Assembly (NCBI GenBank): GCA_964187785.1
Contig: OZ076414.1
Coordinates: 60,326,001-60,390,000, forward strand
DNA: 64,000 nt
Reading direction: 5' to 3'
From: Amphiscolops sp. MND2022
Taxonomy: Eukaryota
A program made the translations under genes and the position numbers. The notes below the pieces were generated by a model, which saw only the letters and a program-made list of their open reading frames with translations, was not told the DNA's origin and did no database searches. Positions 37,471 through 50,900 of this stretch are shown one piece after another (position 1 is the stretch's first letter; every line of letters begins with the position of its first letter).

Positions 37471-37755
37471 ATCAAGTAATACTCAAACATAAAAGAAGAA
37501 GTGATGAAAAATTTAGATTTCTGATAGAGTTGATGGTATACTTCCTTTTTTTTACCCACTGAAAATCAGTTTTTAGCGCAAATGGCTTTTATGATTTCGA
37601 AAATTTCCATTTAGAAGATTTTGTAATTCCTCTTCTAACATTCTCTCATACAATCTTTCAAAAATTTTCTCGAATCACAAAAATTATCGTCTTTTTGCAG
37701 ATGTTAGAAAGATTTGTTTTCTTTTATTTAATACTTTAACATTCAGTTTAATCGG

Positions 37756-39889
37756 TGTTACGACTATTTACCGGAGTGATTTTACGAGTAGTCGCAGTGG
37801 TTTTATTTTTGATCGGTGTTGAAGTTGCATTCTCCGGGATGTTTTCGGATTCAGAATCTGTTTCTTCAGTAGCTGTTATGATGGTTTGTTTTTTAACAGG
37901 AGGGGCTATTAGTTTTAGCATCTCCTTTTGATTTTCAGCTAAGATTTTAGTAAGGTCAGACATGATCTCTTTCCTCAGTGAAGATTTGATTTCCTCCAGA
38001 TTTTCAGCAAGTACTCTAGGAGATTTGCTCGTTCCCGCTACGGGATTTAAGTTTTGGTTAGTCTCAGGTATTGGGGTCTCCATTTCAGTAGAAACTAGTT
38101 CCTCAACAGCTTTTCTTTTCTGGCTTCTAGTAGTCATTTTTAGATAAAGCGAGAGAGTGGTTGTTCTTTGGAAACCTTGAATTCTTCAAAGAAATATGGT
38201 TTTCAAAACGAAGTATTAACGGAGTAGATTAGGAAACAGATTAAAAAGATTTACAAATCCTTAGGTATATATACTTTCACAGCATCATTTGTTCCTCACC
38301 TAAAAATTCCTAGGAATCCTTAAAATCAGTTTTGTTCATCAAAATTGCTTAATCATCCTTATTATTTCAACCCTTTAATTAATTGTTCACGATTTAAAAT
38401 TCCTAGTCGCGGCTCCCTTACGGAGTGCTTGTTGAAATCATTTTTGTTCATTATCATTATTTCCGGTTTGATCGCGGAAAAGGCGGCAAAATGAAAGTCT
38501 AGTTGAATTTTCATCGGGAAAGGCACGCTGGCGTGATCAATGATTCATCTCGAAACTAGTGAAAATCGTCTGTTCGCGGTAAAAGAATGACAAGCAAAAC
38601 TGACCACGGAAACATCTCGGAGTGATTCCAGGTAAATGTGCTGGGAACACCTTGAAGAGAACAAATGATGCCGGAAAACGGTTAATACTGATCAAGAGCT
38701 GAGATAGCAAACAATATAACACAGAATCATTTTGAGCTTCTGAACTAATTTCACATGTATTGGAACATAATGGTTTGATTAATACAGATCAACGGCTCAT
38801 TTAGCCCAAAGAACATAACATATCAAATGTACAAAACATCCCTTTCCGAAATGAAGGGAAGCACCTTTCTTTTAATGATCTCCTTTGTTTTAATCTGTAG
38901 TACGATTATTTTTTATTAGGTATTGAACGGGAACAATTCGGAAAGGTCTTATTTTGATGTTATGATATTCTGAACATTACTTTTCGGTTCCGTATAGCAT
39001 AAGGAGTATCCTAATATATTAGAACAATTTTGATCTTGCAGCATTTCTTTTTAGTCGTCCTATATGTATTAACATAAGGCGTAACCTTGTCATTTCACAA
39101 TTTGCTCCGTAAGCGCTCCGTACGTATTAAGATTAGGTATAGCTTCTTCGCATTACAATTTGCTCCGTAAGCGCTCCGTACGTATTAAGATTAGGTATAG
39201 CTGAGCAGCGCATGCTTGCGGGGACAGCGCGGACAGCGTTAACAAATTCATCCTTATTCTCTCGCTCAATTGGCGTTGCTATGGTAACTAGGAATGGTGA
39301 AAGACGACGCTATTGGTCCGTAAAAATAGAAACATCTACTCTTCAATCAAGCTGAGTGACGCCGCCATTACGTTGTAAATATTCTCTTAAGTTGCTTAAC
39401 TGCATTCTTGAGTGGATATTCACAACTATTCAATCATTGGAAAACAATTCCGCGATTCTCTTTGTATGTTCTTTCATTTTAGATTGTATGAATTCCGTTG
39501 GGACCTCGGAATTGAATTTCATTTTGGTGTTTTCATTTTAGTGTGGAAAAGAAAAAGGTCCCAGAGTTAAGAATGTTTTTACTTTGTTATTTAGATTCGT
39601 ATGGAATTTTCAGTTGACGGAACCGGAAGTAACGGAACGGTTACGCATGAAAACCTTATACCGGAAGTTTCGTTCTGTCTAAAATCACTTTGGATATTTT
39701 GCTTATTGCTTTCGTTAGACTAAAATCCTTTTGTTCTGACTATTAACTCGCACTACAGTTAAACAAAGGTAAGTGATCAATTAAAGTTTTTTACCTAGTT
39801 TTGCGGGGCATTGCCATGTCCTTTGCCTCTTGCGAACTTCGGTATTCCTCCGCAACAGGAAAAATCCCGACCGGGAGCGGGTCGTGACA
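37756..39889 (-). repeat. C2 3' LTR, 2134 bp, containing a copy of the first 127 gag codons (ORF 37748-38137)
   Basis: TGTTACGAC...GTCGTGACA termini. Matches 58201-60333 at roughly 98-99% by eye. Confidence 0.93.
39097..39202. repeat. Two 48-bp direct repeats (period 58) in the LTR; also at about 59540-59643
   Basis: ACAATTTGCTCCGTAAGCGCTCCGTACGTATTAAGATTAGGTATAGCT twice. Single copy in the C1 LTR near 34600. Confidence 0.9.
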
Positions 39890-40445
39890 GGGCGCCTCTA
39901 TAATTTGTTGACCACGGCCTGGGGTAATGTGGGATCTCTCTGGCAATTAGTACAGGCTGCTTTCGTGCTCTTTTGATTCTCGCAGAGGTAAATGAATTCC
40001 CTCTACCGGCGGTGCAGTAGTAGTCATCTGTCAAAGACAGTCCGTGAGTCTCTACTATTTCTTTGATGGAAGGCTCGTCTAGATCATTTAACTTCTCAGT
40101 CTTTGATGGGGGAGCGTATTCCTTTTCGTTTGTGATGTCGGAGAGTATAGGGGCACGGGTCAGTTCGGGCATCTCTCGAGATGAGTCCGGTTCTTCGTAG
40201 TAGTCTTCCGAATTTTCTTTCTGGTGGGACTCGACGATAAAAGCTTCTTCCGTATCTGACTCGAAAGTCGATACTGATTCTTGGGTAGAATTAAGGTCTG
40301 CCTCACTTCCTCGCCATACTTCTACAGAGGAATCACTCAAATTGAGTCTTCCCACCATGTTTAAGGGTAGGGTGTTGATCGGTGTACTATATCTGTGATT
40401 TTCTTCATCCGAAGAGATGTCAATGACAAGGGCATAGTTGTCCAT
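39795..40445 (-). CDS. 216-aa acidic, Ser/Glu-rich sense ORF reading into the 3' LTR, unknown function
   Basis: Starts with ATG, open for 216 codons, stop lies 95 nt inside the 3' LTR. No second copy in the window to test conservation. Confidence 0.45.
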   Translation of the reverse strand: MDNYALVIDISSDEENHRYSTPINTLPLNMVGRLNLSDSSVEVWRGSEADLNSTQESVSTFESDTEEAFIVESHQKENSEDYYEEPDSSREMPELTRAPILSDITNEKEYAPPSKTEKLNDLDEPSIKEIVETHGLSLTDDYYCTAGRGNSFTSARIKRARKQPVLIAREIPHYPRPWSTNYRGALSRPAPGRDFSCCGGIPKFARGKGHGNAPQN

Positions 40446-40639
40446 TTTTCTTTTAGCGATTTTTGTCTAAGTCTTGAAGAATTAATTCTGGATAGACTTT
40501 TCTTTACGTTTATTGTACGGCAAATGAAGAGGTTAATTTTTCCTTATTCGTGTTTTTCCTGTATTCCTATTGGTTGATATTTTCTTCTTATTTCAGTTCG
40601 TTTTATCTTCGGAAAGAGTTTTACTTCCATCTGCGCTGT

Positions 40640-40730
40640 GATTGGCTGAACCGAATAACTGAAGTTTCTAATTTTGAACCTCGTCATGTCGTCATCAATT
40701 TCTTTCCGGTGGTGATCCGTATGACGTCAT
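40640..40730. promoter_or_regulatory. Candidate bidirectional promoter (CCAAT box and palindromic CRE)
   Basis: GATTGG at 40640-45 and ATGACGTCAT at 40721-30, between the divergent ATGs at 40445 (-) and 41001 (+). Confidence 0.35.
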
Positions 40731-41000
40731 AATTTAGAAAATGACCTGTTTTCCTTTTAGGACATTCAACTAATCAGATTTATTCTTTGGTTTTCCTTTG
40801 TTTTGGGAGTGATATGCTCTCATCAGTGCTTCATCAGGTTTGTGTGATATAAGATGAATGGCGTATTTTTCCTTTTCTTGGTCGTGATTAAATGATTTTG
40901 GGTTCTTTTCTTATTTTTATCTTCCGGAGCGTTCTCGTTGCTCTTCTCTTGTTTGACCTGTTGTTTTCTTTTGGATTGCTTCTGAAGATTTTGCTGTCTT

Positions 41001-44000
41001 ATGGAAGACGAAGGAGCCGGGCAATCCTCTACCGTACCACGTACGGGTTTCTTTAGTGGAAATGAGACAAACTTCGAGTATTCCGATGACGATATTCTTC
41101 CGGAAGCTGTCTCTTCTGCCTCAGGTTGGTAAAATCGTTCTGTTTTCCATGGGTATTTGGACTATTTGTTTTTGGTGATCAGCCTTTATAGTCTTACCCG
41201 TAACTCTGACGCGTCAAACCAGATCTTGATTTTCAGTAACTCAACCTGTCTCAACTTCAGCTGCCATTACTTGTGTGACTTCCACAGCTGTAGTTGTCTC
41301 CAGTTCTTCCGTGTTGCCTCCGGTTTCGAGTGTTCTAACTGTTCGTGCTTCTGTCAATGATGTATTGACTTCCGCGCTTAGTTCATCTGAATCTGGGCCT
41401 TCATCTGGGCTTTTTCTTTCTTGCTCCGCTGAAGATCCGACGAATGCCAGTGTTGATCCTGTTGGGAGTCAACCTCGTGTTTCAGATCCTGCTCCTTCCC
41501 CTACTGGTGGCTCGGATAGTGAGTCTCAAGGAGGTGAGACTGATGCCCCCGTCGATCGAGAAACAGGTCAGTGTATTCTTATTTGCTGTTTGGGTGGGAG
41601 GCTGTATTTCATTTCTTTTATGGTATATCTGTACATGTAAGTTTTTCCTTTGGAATATTTCCCCGTTAGTTGTACGGATGTTGTGATGTTTTAGTTTCTC
41701 CGCCTGTTGCTGGTCGTAAGATGGTGGTGAAATTTAAAACTCCTCCAAAGAAGCAAAAGATGATCTCTCCTGAGGAACCTCCGAGATTTGATTATGATGT
41801 GACTGGTGGATTTGATTCCGAAGGGACCGGGTTGTTGACGATGAGTCCCGATTATCTTTTGGAGTGGAGTCGTCATATAGTGGAGGAAGTTGATACCCGT
41901 ACCACGCAAACAATCCAGAGTGGTAAGTCGTCATTTCTGGCTGGGTTTTTATGACTGGTCTGTTCTTTCTTTTTTCTTCTTCTTTTTTCTTTTTTTGTTT
42001 GTTTGTATTGTGTTGTTTTCCAAGCTCGTTCTGTATTTTTGATGGTCCGTGAAGTTGCCGTTTCGTGAGTGTTACTGGTGTTGTTCTAGGTATCAGCAAG
42101 TTAGTTGAGAAAGTGGACGATCTTTTGGGGAAGAAAAAGACCAAAAAATACAGCAGTCGCAACGATCTTCACAAAAGAATGTTGGGGCTGCATTCCGCAT
42201 TTCCTTCGTTTGTGTCTGGTCCCAAGAATGGCCAAGTGACACACTTCTTCTGCAAGGTGTGTAAACGGGACGTGGCTATGAAGGCTCATGGATCGGGCGA
42301 ATTCATCCGACACTTTGGTTCTGATGGACATTGGTATCGCGATGTAACTTATCGTGTTCATATGGGATTGCCTGTGTTGAATCGTCTTCTTGAGCCTATG
42401 GAGTTGTCGGATAGTCAGATGGCAGAGTATCGAGCACGTCCCTTTGTTGATTTGGCCGAAGGTTATCCGTTCCCCGAGGAGTTAATCCCCAAGCATTGTC
42501 AAGTAAAGTCGAGAGTTCCGTTCATGACTCTCGTATCCTGCTTTTGTGACTTGCTCCGGAGTGGTGGCGATCTTACTTTGCTGCGCCGCATGTGGGGTCA
42601 TTTCTAAACTTCGTTGGGTGATCGGAAACCCGAGTATTCCATGCAATGGAGCCGTTCCGAGACTGTGGTGAGTATTATTTGGTTATGGAGTAGTAGAAGT
42701 ATCTCGTATGTCAGTGAGGAGTTACTTTTCCCTCTCTTTTTTTTCTAAGAGGTTTGCATTTCAGTCCTTCGTGTGTCAAGGCCTTGCTCCGCGAGTTATC
42801 CGTTTGCTTCTGAGTGGGATCACAAAGTTTAAAGAGTATTCTATACAGTTCGAGAAGGAAGATGATGCTGAGTTTTGCTTTGTGGTCTGGTGGGAGGACG
42901 ATCATCTAAAGAAGGTGTGCATCAGTGTGGAGTCCCTTGATCAGGCGTTGCCCGATGCTGAATTGGTTCCTCTTTCTCGCGTGATTCACAGTCTGGATCC
43001 TCCTCAGTTTCTTTTGTGTATCCGTGGTGCAAGTCTTACGCTGGTTCGTGTGCTTGGCGACGTACTTCCCGATGGTAGGGATTTTGTGGTCCACGAGCGT
43101 TTCACTAGTGAGGTGTTCCTAGAGTGCTTCCGTCGGGCGCACCAGAATATTTTCGGGACGCTAGAGGTCGTGACTGCAGTGGAATACATTGTGTTGCGGA
43201 TGCGCAGTGCTCTCCATGATACGTGGACTGAAGGGAAGACAGTGTTGCGCCGTTGCATACGCAAGGGTTCCGTTCCTTTTGAGGATTTGCTTCCTGTTGT
43301 GGACGATATAGTTGGACTGTGGGCAAACATTCGTCCCTTCGTTCGTTATACGGGGTTGCCACATGTTAAAGAACGGGTTGACAGCGTTAGTATTTCATCC
43401 ATAACTTTTGGCAATTTTCTCTTTTGTCGTTCCTGTTCTTGGAAGTTTGTTTTGTTGTTACTAGATGCGCGGTGCAAATTGGAATATAATTGCAGATGGT
43501 ATAATTTTATACAAGTTTGGACTTCTGCGATTGGTACTCACCACATGTAAGCGTTGTATTTTGCGTTCTTCTCTTTGCCATTGCCTGTTACGAATTGTGT
43601 TGGAGTTCTTGCCTGATTTCGACTGTTTCTGAGTGAAGCTGTTAATTGTATTGTTTGCCGAGTCATGTCCGCTTTTAGTTTGACCTTTGATTATCTGTGA
43701 CTATCCCGCTTGTATGATCTTTTTGTGTATGTTTCAGTTCGTAACAATTTCGTGAAGTTCTTTGGGCAGCGTGATGATTACGATTTCTGTTGTTACGGAG
43801 AAATCTGTAACTTTGTGTATTGCTTGCTGCTGAAAACTCGATCCACAGATGGACTTCCTGGCATTCATGAGTGGGAGAGTTACATGGACATTGAGAAAAT
43901 TGCTGGTTTCCCTGCTATTTCAGCTGATGCGTTCCTTGTGAACTACGAATTGGGCCAGGAATTGTTGAAAGGCAAGACAAGTGAAGTACAGGAATTCCGT

Positions 44001-44946
44001 GTTAATTGCCGCAAGTTTCTCGATGAGTTGATTCGGGAGATTATTTGCCATCGGAGCTTTTCTTCTGGAGTTTCTCGTGGTCTTTACTGTTTTGGTCCCG
44101 AAATTCTGCTTGATGGGGATGGCGATAGTTTTTTTGGTGTTTGCTGGTCTTTGCAAAATATTAGTTGACTGCGGAGTGCTGCCGTTGGGATCTTCGAGTG
44201 CCGCAGTTGATGAATTCTACAGTTATGTAGTAGAGAAACGTCGCAAGTATGCCGGGAGTGATCGATCAGGAAATGCAGTATTTGATGTTATGGCTTTTTT
44301 GCTGGGCGAATATTCTTTCCAATCGCGTCACAATGTTTTGCGAATATTCAAACTGTGTTGTTTGATTGTGAGTTCTGACCGGAGCCGTTATCCTTCCGTG
44401 TTGTTGGAGCTTCCTGGTAGCGCATTGGATCAAAAGGCTGTAGATAACTGTGTCAGGATGGTGCAGTCTTATGTGTTGAGTCCAGGCTATGTCCCGAAGT
44501 TAATTTTCACTGATTTGACATTGGATGCCGTACGGAGTGCTGTCGAGGATGCGGGCGTTTTTTATGTGACTGGCGATTTTGATGTGTGGAAGAACGTCTG
44601 AAGTTCCGGGTTTGCTGCGTTTGTGTCTGCTGTGAGTACTTCATTCTCAAAGGTGTTGTCGCGACGTCGAGAAGCCGAGGAAAAAGACTATACTGAATGG
44701 AATCGGGCGAATAGGCAGACTCAGATTGACCGTCGAGCTGGTTCTAGTCGTAATGAGAGCGGCGGAAGTATTGCGGCCAAACCCAAGAAGGCAGCGGCAA
44801 GTGGTTCAAAAGGAGGTGGAGGGTCCAGCTCTAAAGGTGGATCGTCAAAATCTGGCAGCAAAAGAAAACCGGCCAAGAATGATGCTGATCAAGGTGTTTA
44901 TGATACCCTCAATAGTTCAACTAGTAGCTGGGGTTGTTGTGTTTAG
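41001..44946 (+). pseudogene. Antisense 7-exon cargo gene, copy 1 (zinc finger plus hAT-transposase-like)
   Basis: Exons 41001-41124, 41237-41566, 41695-41922, 42090-42667, 42765-43385, 43465-43546, 43738-44946. All introns GT-AG with compatible phases 1,1,1,0,0,1. Lesions: stop at 42605, 2-nt deletion near 44135, stop at 44599. Confidence 0.85.
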
Positions 44947-45063
44947 ACTCTGCAATTTTTTAATTTTCAGGCATTTGTTATTCTGCTCTTGCTATGATTG
45001 TATTGTAGTTTAGAAATTAACGTTACCATCCCGGTTCGGCTTGGTCAACTTGATCGTTTTCAT

Positions 45064-47660
45064 TCAGTTTTGAGTTTGAGAACTCTCTTCCGTAGTGATT
45101 GCGTCTAGCATCCGAAAATCAGGATGTGCATTAGGTTTAGGATTAGGTCGTAGGTTATACCTTCCCGTTTTTCTAGGATTGTATCCGACAACTATAGGCA
45201 GCAGTGTAGGCGGTATTGGGGGGCTTTCTGTAGGCGGCGGGGTCATTATGAAAGGGTTATCACTGCCGTCTAAGTTGAATGACGTGTTATCTCCGGAAGA
45301 CAATTTATTCATCATTGTGTTCTCATCTGCAGTTGTTATGACTGTTTCATGGTCCGTTGTATTTCCGTCTTCAGTTTGTACTTCCGTGATAGTAGCTTCT
45401 GCATTGTCGTTTTCCGTTGGGGTTCCGGACAGAACTTCTACGAATTCGGTTTCCCAAGCTTGCGCGTACCAATCATCATGGGTTGTTTTAACCTCAGGAT
45501 CTGGAAGCTGATCTTCCACTTTGACTGTTACGTCAGGTACTCGCTGATTGGGCGCGTATAGCCTTAGGCGAATTTTATGGAGGGTTTGCGTATATCTTGT
45601 TCCCGTCCGTCTTACGACGTAATTGTTATTGGAAAGGACTTCGACCACTATATATGGCCCTGTCCAAATGCAATCTTTGAAAGCGAATTTTATTGACTGG
45701 TTACCAGCTTTCGGGTTCAGGACGTAGCAATAGTCATTGATTTTCAATGGCGTTGCTGTCGCTTTTTTATCATAGTATCGCTTATACTTCAAATATGATT
45801 GCATGAGGTTGTCCTTGGCTGACTGGTGGATTTCAGCGATTTGCTTTTGTAATTCGTCCGTTAGGTCTTCGTTAGCGTCTTTTTTCCATTCTGGCTTGAG
45901 TCCCAGTTTACTATCCAGAATGTTGTACGGGATGCGTCCGTGGAATACTTTTGTCGGTTCGCAGCCTAGGCTTTCATGGTAGCTTGTGTTGTAGTTCATT
46001 ACTGCAATTTGTACATATTTATGTCACATTGAACGTCGTTCTCCCGTTGATATTTTTAAGGTATTCCAATCGTTTGTGCGTGTTTTGTTGATGCGTGACT
46101 AATCCGGATGTCGAGAGTTTAGGCTATCTGGTTTACGACATCTGATCGGAATTGTGATCCCTTGTTGGTGAGGATTATTGTAGGCAGGTAACAATGACGT
46201 GTGATTACGTCATCAATGCATCGGCCTGCTGTTCTGGCTGTCATGTCCTGCGTCGGGTATGCGAAGAGGTATCGAGAGAAAACGTCCATCATTGTTATGA
46301 TGTGCCTGTATCCATTAGATGAAGGCAAATTTGGTAGAATGTCGACTTCTAAGCAATCCTCTGGGCCGAAGGTAAATTCCGTGTTGCTCAGCATTTTAGG
46401 GCGTATTTGTCTCGTGTCAATCCGTTTGTTGGCTATGCAGTCGGGGCAGTTGATTACCCAAGCTCTGATTTTCCGTGCGAGTCCCGGATAGTAGTATTTT
46501 GTTCGGCTTTCTTGGATCATTTTTGTTATTCCTGGATGTTTGTTGGTTTTCCCATGTAGAGTTGATAGGAGTTCGGGGACTATGTGTTTTGGTATGAGTA
46601 TTTGATGATGCGTGATTGTGCCATCCTCTCCGTAGTATTTGCGCATGAGAACTCCATCTTTGACTATTATTCTTTCTTCGTGGCGTAGCAAGTTTCTCCC
46701 TCTTGGTTCAGTTTTGAGGAGATGTTTGTCATATTCTTCGTGGAGTAGACGTAGCTTTAGTGCTTTCAGGATTGGATCTGCATCTTGTTCATTGCGTATT
46801 CGGGCGTTTTCTTTGATTGCTCCGATTGCGTAGACTGCTGTATTGAGTGGTATGTGGACTGCTTCTGTTATTTCGGTGGATAAGTTTTGTTGTTCTTTTT
46901 CGTCCACTGCTCGTTGTTTGCTAAGAGCTTTTCTTGCAAAAGTTTCTTGTTCTGATTCTTCTTCTTCATCTGGTAGGAAAAAAAGTTGTTCTTCGTCAGC
47001 AACATCTGTGGACTGTAGGTTGACTTCAATGGGTGCCATTATGATGTCGTGTCGTAGCTTGAGCTGAACTTTTTCTTTTGGCGTTAGTTCTAGGCGAGAC
47101 AGGAAATCGGCAGCTGTGTTTTGTGACCCGGCTACGTGCATAATACGGAATTTGAATTGTAGTACGTAGTCACAAGCGTTCCAGAGCGCAGATGGCGTTG
47201 TCTTTGTTTGGAAAAACCTTGTTACTGATCTATTGTCTGTTAAGACTAGAGTTGGTAGTGTCGTTTCCCATAAGATGTGACTGTATTCTAGGAATGCATG
47301 GTAAATGGCAAGGAACTCCGTACAGTATATTGACATTTTCAGCTGTGACGGCGAGAATACGCGGGAGCCAAAGGCGACCGGTGCGAAAGTTTTCCGTTTG
47401 GAGAGTAGCTTTTTATCATCGTTTTCTTCTATCATTAGGGCATAGCCTGATGCCCGGAAGCTTGCGTCCGTCATTAGTACGTATTGTTTTCCCGCAACTG
47501 GTTGTCTGAGGGCTAGTCCACATGCTTCCGCTAGGCTTGCGTTGATGGCTTTGAAGTTGTCGACTAATTCTTCTGATATGGTGATTTTTGTATCTGCTTT
47601 TAGGAGTTTATACATTCCAATCAGCTTTTCGGACAGTCTTGGTATGTATTTTCTGTAGTA
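45064..47660 (-). pseudogene. pol: Duplicated 3' half of C2 pol (RNase H and integrase)
   Basis: Near-identical to 51987-54586; begins at the duplication junction. Confidence 0.93.
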
Positions 47661-47913
47661 GTTTTCCTTTTAGGACATTCAACTAATCAGATTTTTTCTT
47701 TGGTTTTCCTTTGTTTTGGGAGTGATATGCTCTCATCAGTGCTTCATCAGGTTTGTGTGATATAAGATGAATGGCGTATTTTTCCTTTTCTTGGTCGTGA
47801 TTAAATGATTTTGGGTTCTTTTCTTATTTTTATCTTCCGGAGCGTTCTCGTTGCTCTTCTCTTGTTTGACCTGTTGTTTTCTTTTAGATTGCTTCTGAAG
47901 ATTTTGCTGTCTT

Positions 47914-50900
47914 ATGGAAGACGAAGGAGCCGGGCAATCCTCTACCGTACCACGTACGGGTTTCTTTAGTGGAAATGAGACAAACTTCGAGTATTCCGAT
48001 GACGATATTCTTCCGGAAGCTGTCTCTTCTGCCTCAGGTTGGTAAAATCGTTCTGTTTTCCATGGGTATTTGGACTATTTGTTTTTGGTGATCAGCCTTT
48101 ATAGTCTTACCCGTAACTCTGACGCGTCAAACCAGATCTTGATTTTCAGTAATTCAACCTGTCTCAACTTCAGCTGCCATTACTTGTGTGACTTCCACAG
48201 CTGTAGTTGTCTCCCGTTCTTCTGTGTTGCCTCCGGTTTCGAGTGTTCTAACTGTTCGTGCTTCTGTCAATGATGTATTGACTTCCGCGCTTAGTGCATC
48301 TGAATCTGGGCCTTCATCTGGGCTTTTTCTTTCTTGCTCCGCTGAAGATCCGACGAATGCCAGTGTTGATCCTGTTGGGAGTCAACCTCGTGTTTCAGAT
48401 CCTGCTCCTTCCCCTACTGGTGGCTCGGATAGTGAGTCTCAAGGAGGTGAGACTGATGCCCCCGTCGATCGAGAAACAGGTCAGTGTATTCTTATTTGCT
48501 GTTTGGGTGGGAGGCTGTATTTCTTTTCTTTTATGGTATATCTGTACATGTAAGTTTTTCCTTTGGAATATTTCCCCGTTAGTTATACAGTTATACGGAT
48601 GTTGTGATGTTTTAGTTTCTCCGCCTGTTGCTGGTCGTAAGATGGTGGTGAAATTTAAAACTCCTCCAAAGAAGCAAAAGATGATCTCTCCTGAGGAACC
48701 TCCGAGTTTTGATTATGATGTGACTGGTGGATTTGATTCCGAAGGGACCGGGTTGTTGACGATGAGTCCCGATTATCTTTTGGAGTGGAGTCGTCATATA
48801 GTGGAAGAAGTTGATACCCGTACCACGCAAACAATCCAGAGTGGTAAGTCGTCATTTCTGGCTGGGTTTTTATGACTGGTCTGTTCTTTCTTTTTTCTTC
48901 TTCTTTTTTCTTTTTTTTGTTTGTTTGTACTGTGTTGTTTTCCAAGCTCGTTCTGTATTTTTGATGGTCCGTGAAGTTGCCGTTTCGTGAGTGTTACTGG
49001 TGTTGTTCTAGGTATCAGCAAGTTAGTTGAGAAAGTGGACGATCGTTTGGGGAAGAAAAAGACCGAAAAATACAGCAGTCGCAACGATCTTCACAAAAGA
49101 ATGTTGGGGCTGCATTCCGCATTTCCTTCGTTTGTGTCTGGTGCCAAGAATGGCCAAGTGACACACTTCTTCTGCAAGGTGTGTAAACGGGACGTGGCTA
49201 TGAAGGCTCATGGATCGGGCGAATTCATCCGACACTTTGGTTCTGATGGACATTGGTATCGCGATGTAACTTATCGTGTTCATATGGGATTGCCTGTGTT
49301 GAATCGTCTTCTTGAGCCTATGGAGTTGTCGGATAGTCAGATGGCAGAGTATCGAGCACGTCCCTTTGTTGATTTGGCCGAAGGTTATCCGTTCCCCGAG
49401 GAGTTAATCCCCAAGCATTGTCAAGTAAAGTCGAGAGTTCCGTTCATGACTCTCGTATCCTGCTTTTGTGACTTGCTCCGGAGTGGTGGCGATCTTACTT
49501 TGCTGCGCCGCATGTGGGGTCATTTCTGTGCTTCGTTGGGTGATCGGAAACCCGAGTATTCCATGCAATGGAGCCGTTCCGAGACTGTGGTGAGTATTAT
49601 TTGGTTATGGAGCAGTAGAAGTATCTCGTATGTCAGTGAGGAGTTACTTTTCCCTCTCTTTTTTTCTAAGAGGTTTGCATTTCAGTCCTTCGTGTATCAA
49701 GGCCTTGCTCCGCGAGTTATCCGTTTGCTTCTGAGTGGGATCACAAAGTTTAAAGAGTATTCTATACAGTTCGAGAAGGAAGATGATGCTGAGTTTTGCT
49801 TTGTGGTCTGGTGGGAGGACGATCATCTAAAGAAGGTGTGCATCAGTGTGGAGTTCCTTGATCAGGCGTTGCCCGATGCTGAATTGGTTCCTCTTTCTCG
49901 CGTGATTCACAGTCTGGATCCTCCTCAGTTTCCGTTGTGTATCCGTGGTGCAAGTCCTACGCTGGTTCGTGTGCTTGGCGACGTACTTCCCGATGGTAGG
50001 GATTTTGTGGTCCACGGGCGTTTCACAAGTGAGGTGTTCCTAGAGTGCTTCCGTCGGGCGCACCAGAATATTTTCGGGACGCTAGAGGTCGTGACTGCAG
50101 TGGAATACATTGTGTTGCGGATGCGCAGTGCTCTCCATGATACGTGGACTGAAGGGAAGACAGTGTTGCGCCGTTGCATACGCAAGGGTTCCGTTCCTTT
50201 TGAGGATTTGCTTCCTGTTGTGGACGATATAGTTGGACTGTGGGCAAACATTCGTCCCTTCGTTCGTTATACGGGGTTGCCACATGTTAAAGAACGGGTT
50301 GACAGCGTTAGTATTTCATCCATAACTTTTGGCAATTTTCTCTTTTGTCGTTCCTGTTCTTGGAAGTTTGTTTTGTTGTTACTAGATGCGCGGTGCAGAT
50401 TGGAATATAATTGCAGATGGTATGATTTTATACAAGTTTGGACTTCTGCGATTGGTACTCACCACATGTAAGCGTTGATTTTTGCGTTCTTCTCTTTGCC
50501 ATTGCCTGTTACGAATTGTGTTGGAGTTCTTGCCTGATTTCGACTGTTTCTGAGTGAAGCTGTTAATTGTATTGATTGCCGAGTCATGTCCGCTTTTAGT
50601 TTGACCTTTCATTATCTGTGACTATCCCGCTTGTATGATCTTTTTGTGTATGTTTCAGTTCGTAACAATTTCGTGAAGTTCTTTGGGCAGCGTGATGATT
50701 ACGATTTCTGTTGTTACGGGGAAATCTGTAACTTTGTGTATTGCTTGCTGCTGAAAACTCGATCCACAGATGGACTTCCTGGCATTCATGAGTGGGAGAG
50801 TTACATGGACATTGAGAAAATTGCTGGTTTCCCTGCTATTTCAGCTGATGCGTTCCTTGTGAACTACGAATTGGGCCAGGAATTGTTGAAAGGCAAGACA

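Noticed and set aside
39097-39202. Direct repeats as a possible CRISPR array
   Set aside because: Only two units with a 10-bp spacer, inside a eukaryotic LTR, and no cas genes.
48987-50471. 494-aa single-exon ORF taken as the cargo protein
   Set aside because: It reads through a 96-nt intron by chance. The same intron is 97 nt in copy 1 and 127 nt in C1, and homology with C1 stops at the splice sites.
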